DNA of 64,000 nucleotides from Treponemataceae bacterium (GTDB lineage: Bacteria; Spirochaetota; Spirochaetia; Treponematales; Rectinemataceae): NCBI GenBank assembly GCA_963678065.2, contig CAXXVZ010000004.1:352001-416000 (forward strand), given 5' to 3'. Below, in pieces: positions 57,722 to 64,000 of the stretch. Position numbers and translations under genes: made by a program. The notes beneath the pieces were generated by a model. It did no database searches. It was not told where the DNA came from and was given only the letters and a program-made list of their open reading frames with translations. Positions within the stretch are counted from its first letter, which is position 1. Each line of letters begins with the position of its first letter.

Positions 57722-58477
57722 TCAGAACCTTTTTATCCGTATCGACGCCTGCTCGAGGGAGCGGACCACATCGGCCTGCAGCCCCGAGTCGGTAATGATT
57801 CCATTCACCGCCGAAAGCGGCAACACACCGACGAAGCCCGACTTTCCGTACTTGGACGAATCCGCCACGAGCCACGTCTCTCTGGCGCGAATGCGCATCG
57901 CCTTCACTATCTCTGCCCCTTCCACGAGTTGGGTCGTCATCCCATTCTCCAGGCTGAATCCGTCCGTTCCGACAAAAGCCAACGCGACATTGAAATCCGC
58001 TATCGTCCGGAGCGCGATCGGGCCGACCATGGACTCCGTCGCCCGCCTGAACTCGCCGCCAGTCATGGTTATGGAGAGCGCCGGATTGAGCCGCGCGTAG
58101 GAGTAGACGAGGGTGGAATTGGTGACGATGTGGATGTCCCTCTTGCCGAGAAGGTATTTCGCGATGAGGGCGGTCGTCGTCCCGGCCTCGATCATGATGG
58201 CGTCGCCGTCGCGCACGAGTTCCGCCGCGGCACGGGCTATCCTGTTCTTCTCCTCCACCATGCTGCGCTGCCTGTCGAGAATGGAGGGGTGGAAGGCGGG
58301 CGAGGCCCCCCCCCGCGAACGGGTGATGAACCCTCGATCCTCAAGGGACTTGAAATCGGAGCGCACCGTGACCTCGGACACACCCAGCTCGGCAGAGAGT
58401 GCGGCCACCGAGAGCGATCCGCGATCTGCCAGAAGCTCGAGTATCCTGCGATCCCTCTCGCCAAGCTCTTCGGTCAT
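57722..58477 (-). CDS. DeoR/GlpR family transcriptional regulator
   Basis: VSEVTVRSDF, RSRGGA, EAGTTT, VTNS, ADSSK. Confidence 0.92.
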   Translation of the reverse strand: MTEELGERDRRILELLADRGSLSVAALSAELGVSEVTVRSDFKSLEDRGFITRSRGGASPAFHPSILDRQRSMVEEKNRIARAAAELVRDGDAIMIEAGTTTALIAKYLLGKRDIHIVTNSTLVYSYARLNPALSITMTGGEFRRATESMVGPIALRTIADFNVALAFVGTDGFSLENGMTTQLVEGAEIVKAMRIRARETWLVADSSKYGKSGFVGVLPLSAVNGIITDSGLQADVVRSLEQASIRIKRF

Positions 58478-58479
58478 CT

Positions 58480-58527
58480 TCGATAACCTTTCGAAATACT
58501 TTCGAACATGCTTTGAATTTACATCGA
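58480..58527. promoter_or_regulatory. Phased array of T(C/T)GA cores at exact 11-bp spacing (candidate DeoR operator)
   Basis: TCGA at 58480, 58491 and 58502, TTGA at 58513, TCGA at 58524. Confidence 0.6.
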
Positions 58528-58571
58528 AACTCGCATTTGCGCAAGAGCTCGGTAGGCAAATTTCTACGGTA

Positions 58572-58660
58572 AATGAACGAACCCCGGAGCAGAGCTCCGA
58601 GGTATCGTTCGTTCTGTAAGGAATGGATTGTATGCGGGTATGGACCCGCATGCGAATCAA
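58572..58660. repeat. REP/PATE-like element, copy B (89 bp, inverted, internally deleted)
   Basis: Reverse complement matches 19244-19382 except for a 49-bp deletion, one substitution and a 1-bp deletion. Confidence 0.85.
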
Positions 58661-58871
58661 TCGGAAAAACGGCAACTATCAGAAAAAAGGAAGGCAGCCA
58701 GAAACGGCAAACCACAGGATGACCGACAATACGGTATACCGATTCCGTCATATTTACTTTCACGATAAAACCATGCTAGATTCCAGCGCCCGGAAAGCAG
58801 TCCGGCGGGACGACCGCATCGGCCCCGCCCACTGCCCACCACGGACTACACCCACATTCATGGAGCCCTCG

Positions 58872-59498
58872 ATGAAAGAACGCGCCGCCGACATCTTCAA
58901 TGCCCCGGACACGAAAATCAGAGTCGCCGACACTACGGCCAATCCCGCCCCCCTCGGCCTCCTCGGATTCGGTATGACCACACTCCTCCTCAACTTCCAC
59001 AACGCCGGCTTCTACCCCCTCGACTCCATGATCATGGGCATGGGCATCTTCGTCGGCGGCATCGCCCAAGTCATAGCCGGCGTCCAGGAGTGGAAGAAAA
59101 ACAACACCTTCGGCGCCACCGCCTTCACCGCCTACGGCTTCTTCTGGATCGCCCTCGTCGCCACCTGGACCCTCCCCGCCATGGGACTCGGAGCCAAATC
59201 GGCCGGAACTGATATGGGCTTCTTCCTCGCCCTCTGGGGCATCTTCACCGCCGGCATGTTCGTCGGAACCCTCAGGCTCAACCGCGCCCTCCAGGTCATC
59301 TTCGGCTCCCTCACCCTCCTCTTCGCCCTCCTCGCCATCCGCGACTTCTCCGGTTCGACCGTCATCGGCAGGGCTGCGGGCTGGGTCGGCATCTTCTGCG
59401 GCCTCTCGGCCCTCTACGCCGCCATCGCCCAAGTCCTCAACGAGGTCTACGGAGCTGTCATCCTCCCCATCGGCCCCGTCGCAGCGAAACACAAATAG
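58872..59498 (+). CDS. satP: Acetate/succinate uptake transporter (GPR1/FUN34/YaaH family)
   Basis: ANPAPLGLLGFG signature, NNTFGATAFTAYG, 6 TM. Confidence 0.9.
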   Translation: MKERAADIFNAPDTKIRVADTTANPAPLGLLGFGMTTLLLNFHNAGFYPLDSMIMGMGIFVGGIAQVIAGVQEWKKNNTFGATAFTAYGFFWIALVATWTLPAMGLGAKSAGTDMGFFLALWGIFTAGMFVGTLRLNRALQVIFGSLTLLFALLAIRDFSGSTVIGRAAGWVGIFCGLSALYAAIAQVLNEVYGAVILPIGPVAAKHK

Positions 59499-59666
59499 GA
59501 CGGCCTTTCCCCCGAAAACCTCGATTTCCGGTTCAGGGCGCGTCGTCCCGGTCCGCCTGTTTCGCGCAGTCTCCGTACTGCGCCGGGAGACGCGGACCGG
59601 ACCCGACCGGGCTCTTCGCGCTCAATCGGAATCGCATTCCTCGCGCGATCATGCTATCATGGAGGC

Positions 59667-60266
59667 ATGAAACCGATGGCAGAACCCGCCCGAAAGCTCG
59701 ATGAGCTTTTCACGTACGGACAGTACCGGACCTGGCCGGACGAGGAGCGCTGGGAGCTCATCGACGGCGTCGCGTACAACATGAGTCCTGCGCCGACCTA
59801 CCGGCACCAGGATGTCGCCGGATGGCTCTTCGTCCGCATCTCCAACTTTCTGGAAGGCAAGCCCTGCAAGGCTTACATCTCCCCCGTCGACGTCCTTCTC
59901 CCCAAGCCTGGCCAGTCCGACGACGGGACGGACACGGTCGTCGAGCCCGACATCATCGTCGCCTGCGATCCTTCCAAAATCGAAGGGCGCTTTCACCGCG
60001 GAGCCCCCGACCTGGCCGTCGAAGTTCTCTCCCCCTCCACATCGCGCAAGGACCAGCACGAAAAATACATGGCCTACGAGCGCTCGGGCCTGCGCGAATA
60101 CTGGGTCATCGAGCCGCGTTCGTGCTGGCTCAACCGCTACAATCTCGGCCCGGACGGAAAGTATGGAGATCCGGTCGTGCGCGAACAGGGCGATAAGCTC
60201 GGTCCGGTCGCATCCGAAGTCCTTCCCGGCTTCTCCTTCGATCCTGAATCCCTGTTCGACCACTGA
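59667..60266 (+). CDS. Uma2 family putative endonuclease
   Basis: WELIDG, EPDIIVACD, GAPDLAVEVLSPST, EYWVIEP. Confidence 0.9.
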   Translation: MKPMAEPARKLDELFTYGQYRTWPDEERWELIDGVAYNMSPAPTYRHQDVAGWLFVRISNFLEGKPCKAYISPVDVLLPKPGQSDDGTDTVVEPDIIVACDPSKIEGRFHRGAPDLAVEVLSPSTSRKDQHEKYMAYERSGLREYWVIEPRSCWLNRYNLGPDGKYGDPVVREQGDKLGPVASEVLPGFSFDPESLFDH

Positions 60267-60321
60267 CCTGAGATCGGATTGGGCGCCGGTCATCCTCAGA
60301 GCGCCCCACAGGAGGAATTTC

Positions 60322-61497
60322 ATGAACGCAGCCAAGGCCTTCACATCTCTGACCCCGACCATCTCCGGGCTCGACAGCTTCATCGCCGACCCCGCCCGCC
60401 GCGGAAAGCGCTATGGCCTCGCGACGAACCCCGCCGCCATCACCCGATCCGGCGTTCCGGCCTGGAAGGCCTTCATGGACGCAGGTCTCGGACCGGCCGC
60501 CCTCTTCGGCCCCGAGCACGGTTTCCGGGGCGCAGCCCAGGATGCCGTCGAAGTCGGCGACGAAGTTTTCCGCGGCATCCCCTCCTACTCGCTCTACGGA
60601 AAACGGCTCAAGCCGGAGCCCTGGATGCTCGATAAGCTCGACGCGATGGTCTACGACATGCAGGACGTCGGCTGTCGCTACTACACTTTCCTCTACACAC
60701 TCGCCTACATCATGGAAGCATGTGCGCAGTGCGGCCTGCCCCTCGTCGTCCTGGACCGGCCCAACCCGATAGGCGGCACGAAGGTCGAGGGCTCCCCTAT
60801 CCCGCCGGAAGAGGACAGCTTTGTCGGCGGCTACGGGCTTGCGCCCCGCTACGGCATGACGGTCGGCGAGTTCGCCGAATACCTCAGAGGCGAGTACTTC
60901 CCGTCCTGCGCGCTCGAAGTTCTCCGCCTCGCCGGCTGGGAAACCCGTCCACGGTGGGGCGAGACCGGCCTGCCATGGCCTCTGCCCTCCCCCAACATCC
61001 CGAGCCTGTCCTGCGCGGAAGTCTATCCCGGAACCTGTCTCGTCGAGGGCACCTGGCTCTCCGAAGGCCGCGGAACGACCCGACCCTTCGAAATAGTCGG
61101 TGCCCCTTTTATAGACGGCGAGACCCTCCGCGGGCGGCTCTCGGAACTCGGTCTCCCCGGAGTGGTCTTCTCCTCCGTCTTCTTCAACCCGAGCATCTCC
61201 AAACACTCAGGCGAGGCCTGCGAGGGAGTCCTCCTCTCGGTGACCGACCCTGACTCGCTTCGCTCCCTCGACACGGGCATAGCCCTCATCCGCACCATCA
61301 AAGAGCTGCATTCCCGCGAGTTCCGCTGGCGCGAGGCCTGGGAGAATCCGGAGGCCTACTTCTTCGACCGCCTCGCCGGTGGCCCTGGTCTGCGCCGCCT
61401 CATCGATGCCCTCGCCCCCCTTTCCGATTGCCTCGCCTTCGCCCATGAACGCGAATCGGCCTTCCTCGCGAAGCGGGAGCGCTACCTGATATACTGA
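60322..61497 (+). CDS. DUF1343 / NamZ-like exo-beta-N-acetylmuramidase
   Basis: FGPEHGFRG, DMQDVGCRYYTF, LDRPNP, PSPNIP, SEGRGT. Confidence 0.88.
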   Translation: MNAAKAFTSLTPTISGLDSFIADPARRGKRYGLATNPAAITRSGVPAWKAFMDAGLGPAALFGPEHGFRGAAQDAVEVGDEVFRGIPSYSLYGKRLKPEPWMLDKLDAMVYDMQDVGCRYYTFLYTLAYIMEACAQCGLPLVVLDRPNPIGGTKVEGSPIPPEEDSFVGGYGLAPRYGMTVGEFAEYLRGEYFPSCALEVLRLAGWETRPRWGETGLPWPLPSPNIPSLSCAEVYPGTCLVEGTWLSEGRGTTRPFEIVGAPFIDGETLRGRLSELGLPGVVFSSVFFNPSISKHSGEACEGVLLSVTDPDSLRSLDTGIALIRTIKELHSREFRWREAWENPEAYFFDRLAGGPGLRRLIDALAPLSDCLAFAHERESAFLAKRERYLIY

Positions 61498-61560
61498 TCG
61501 TAAATCGCAACCGCGCTCATATGCCGGTCGCGACGGCCACCACCGTCCTGCGGCGCGCGC

Positions 61561-61935
61561 TCACTTCGATTCGGCCCCATCCGCCTCTGTCTGGTTTTTA
61601 ATAGGCATACCGGCGAGGAGGGCCTCGGTGCGGACCAGTTCGGCGCTCAGGAAAGTTTTTCGCGCCTCAAGCCCGCCGCGAAGTCCTTCTGCAGGGCTCG
61701 GCGCACCGGATGCCGGCTTGTAGCCGACCGCAAACCAGCCTATCCTTTTTGCCATGCCTCGCCCCGCACCCGCGACACGACCGCTACCCATGCAGTGACC
61801 TCGACCGAAGCCGCACCACGCAGCCGGCACCTTCTCTCCGTCGATCCCGACCGCGGCTGCGCCGTAGCATCCACCGCGTCCGAAGCCGGTTCCGGGACCT
61901 TCTCCATAGGGACCCATTGCATTCAATCCTGGCAT
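61561..61935 (-). CDS. DUF5320-like Gly-rich protein
   Basis: MPGLNAMGPYGEGPGTGFGRGGC N-terminus, Gly/Arg-rich middle, C-terminal coiled coil. Confidence 0.7.
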   Translation of the reverse strand: MPGLNAMGPYGEGPGTGFGRGGCYGAAAVGIDGEKVPAAWCGFGRGHCMGSGRVAGAGRGMAKRIGWFAVGYKPASGAPSPAEGLRGGLEARKTFLSAELVRTEALLAGMPIKNQTEADGAESK

Positions 61936-62170
61936 GTCTGCCTCCCCATACATTGATGAGATTTTTCAGAACGTCGACGACATCCGGAGATTAAAATGGC
62001 ATATGCTCATAATATAGTCAAGTACGCCATCCAAGAATCGATCTCCTTCATCACGAAAGCTTCACAAGGTGGGGCGTCGGTGAAATCAACCGTATTCAGA
62101 AAAGTCCAAACTTCCACTTACACAATTATTGGCATGTGCCAATATATACAGCATAAGGAAGGCTTTCAGT

Positions 62171-62475
62171 GTGCGCAGCAATCATGGAATCGAGAGTGAG
62201 GCGCGGAACTATTCCGGTCCTATCCTTTATTATACCGACGCGGTATTCGATCATTTCACGAATCCACGCAACACGGGCGAGCTCAGCGCGGCCGAAACCG
62301 ACGGGTTTGCTTCAGCTGGCGATCTCGCCTGCAGCGACGAATTGAAGCTTTGGATTTCCTTGCCGTGAACGCCCTCGGCGGGATACCGGAAAACAAGAAA
62401 CATTGCTCCCTTCTGGGAGTCCGCGCGCTTCAAGCCGCGCTACATGACTGCGAGAATCGGGCACGTAGAAATTGA
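62171..62475 (+). pseudogene. IscU/NifU-N-like Fe-S scaffold pseudogene with an internal deletion
   Basis: YTDAVFDHFTNPRNTGEL..GDLACSDELKLWI, then a frame change to NALGGIPENKKHCSLLGVRALQAAL; the middle Cys segment is missing. Confidence 0.8.
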
Positions 62476-62521
62476 TTTTTCATCTTGACTATATATGTCT
62501 ATTTTAATATATATGCTTACT

Positions 62522-62704
62522 ATGTCAGTCACCATCAATCCGGGACGATGTCCCCAAAATCATCCTTGCCCGGCAGTCCGGGTTTGTCCAGTCGGAGCCC
62601 TTTCCCAGAAAAGTAACTCCGCGCCTGTCGTCGATCCGCATAAGTGCACAGATTGCGGCCACTGTAGCCGGTACTGCGCCTTCGGCGCCATCCGTGGAAG
62701 ATAA
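62522..62704 (+). CDS. Small 4Fe-4S ferredoxin-like protein
   Basis: CPQNHPCPAVRVCPVGAL and CTDCGHCSRYC. Confidence 0.82.
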   Translation: MSVTINPGRCPQNHPCPAVRVCPVGALSQKSNSAPVVDPHKCTDCGHCSRYCAFGAIRGR

Positions 62705-62710
62705 GTTCAT

Positions 62711-63351
62711 ATGGAAATGAATGTCGATCTTCTTGTAGTGGGGCTGGTGTTGCCGGACTCGCCGCGGCGCAGTATGGAGCTCGCGCCAACCTCTCTACGC
62801 TCGTGATTGAAGAAGCCGGTCCAGGAGGCCAGGCCCTCTTCATCGATCGACTTGAAAATTATCCCGGAATGGCAGCACCGATCAAGGGTTTTGATCTTGC
62901 GGAGGGCATGCGCGCACAAGCTGAGGCTTTCGGCGCCAGGTTTCTGGTCACAAAGGGGTTTTCGCTCACCAAACATGCCAAAATATTCGAATCGACGAAG
63001 GGATGACCACGGTCGGATCTGAGGCTGAGCACTGTCGCACGGGAGATCCGTGGACAAAACGCGCTGGAATCAGTTCCTCTCGAGAATCCGGAAACAGGCG
63101 AACGGTACAAAGAAAAGGTGGCCGCTGTTTTCGTGTATGTCGGCTCCCTGCCCAGGACAGAACTTTTCTCCGGAGTCGGCCTCGACGGGGGTGGCTAGGT
63201 CAAAACCGGCCGGAATCTCGCGACATCCATCCCCGGATTGTTTGCTGCCGGCGATCTCGGGGACTCCCCATTCCGGCAGGTCGTGACCGCTGTGGCGGAC
63301 GGCGCGATCGCCGCACATGCTATTGTCTTGTCCTTCTCATGCCTCTCATGA
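62711..63351 (+). pseudogene. trxB: Thioredoxin reductase pseudogene
   Basis: DLLVV then a frameshift into GAGVAGLAAAQYGARANL..GGQAL..LENYPG; central CxxC/NADPH region deleted; C-terminal AVFVYVG..(TAG)..TSIPGLFAAGD..FRQVVTAVADGAIAA. Confidence 0.85.
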
Positions 63352-63967
63352 AACTTGACGGCTTCGCCCTTGGCATTTTCACAAATATCTCCCCGCTCAA
63401 AGATGTGGTGCCCGGCCACATTTTTCTTGGTCTTCCCCATGATGGTGCGAAACGATGTCCGGGAGCTATTCGGAAATCAGTGCCTGGAAGCGGATCCGAC
63501 TTCATCCTGGTTCCCGTCGGATCACAGACCTTCAGAGGATCGAGGCCGGACAAAGCCGCTATCTCCGACAAAAGGCCCTTACGGTCGGGCCAGTATTCAA
63601 TGCGGCCTTGTCGGCTTCGTCCGCTATGCGGGGTGCGCTCCTCCTATTTCATGTCCGAGCACCTGTTTCATGCCCCGCGAGCGCTTGTAACTGATTGCAG
63701 AATGTTTGTTCGCATAGCCCTTGGCTATCGTCCCGTCAACACTCTTGCCAGCATCATGGTCGGCGAATACTGTAATTGAAAGCAAATTTTCTGCACACGA
63801 GAAAACCCGGCAGACTCATGGAAGACTTGAAACAACCGGCTTCGGTGTTTCGGGGAATTGGAAAGCGACTTCAGTTGCACTGATCAGAGTTTGCTCGATC
63901 AAGCCGATCAGGGAGTCCACTTCCTCGGCAATCTTCCTTCTTATTGACGTATTGGGCAATCCTTCTC

Positions 63968-64000
63968 TTGACTCGTATTACTTTGTAATATATATTACAA
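63968..64000 (+). promoter_or_regulatory. Sigma70-like promoter overlapped by a perfect 18-bp palindrome
   Basis: TTGACT (63968), N17, TATATT (63991); TTGTAATATATATTACAA at 63983-64000. Confidence 0.6.

Noticed and set aside
59530..59625. GC-rich nested hairpin after satP as a possible ncRNA
   Set aside because: Compatible with an ordinary terminator or stability stem. There is no second copy or recognisable family.
59667..60266. Uma2 gene as an anti-phage defence system
   Set aside because: It is a solitary member of a commonly expanded family, with no methylase or other defence partner adjacent.
62366..63198. Selenocysteine or pyrrolysine readthrough at the TGA in the iscU-like gene and the TAG in trxB
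   Set aside because: The stops are not at catalytic Cys or Lys positions, and they co-occur with frameshifts and deletions, consistent with pseudogenisation.
63355..63960. Short ORFs and a stop-interrupted minus-strand frame at the right end
   Set aside because: No family could be recognised with confidence. Possibly further gene debris; needs BLASTX.

Overview
High-GC bacterial chromosome segment, roughly 60-65% GC by eye. The protein styles suggest a free-living or anaerobic spirochaete, but this is inference only. About 50 genes, dominated by carbohydrate uptake and catabolism. (1) 1-5531: YesM/YesN-like two-component system, Gfo/Idh/MocA oxidoreductase, TIM-barrel epimerase and a fucose-isomerase-like gene. 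(2) ~5560-16320: an accessory block with lower-GC flanks, containing an unannotated 47-aa ribbon-helix-helix gene under a perfect 19-bp inverted-repeat operator, a membrane protein, a 3051-aa cyclic beta-1,2-glucan synthase and CsbD. (3) 16325-24653: DMT transporter, ketose 3-epimerase, an LsrB/RhaS-like ABC importer with AraC, and a NUDIX gene. (4) 24688-44113: a nine-gene sugar/polyol catabolic operon ending in a truncated eda stub, a second ABC importer with isomerase and epimerase, and a membrane-anchored AraC next to a duplicated binding protein. (5) 44139-58477: phosphatases and a DeoR-led operon joining a 2-oxoacid/acetoin-type dehydrogenase complex (E2, E3, fused E1) to PHP, SrlD-like, FGGY kinase and SorE-like genes. 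(6) 58872-64000: SatP, Uma2, NamZ, DUF5320, a ferredoxin, and decayed iscU-like and trxB genes. Two copies of a REP/PATE-like double-hairpin element occur at 19244 and 58572. I recognised no rRNA, tRNA, CRISPR array or intact transposase. All calls come from motif recognition, not database searches.
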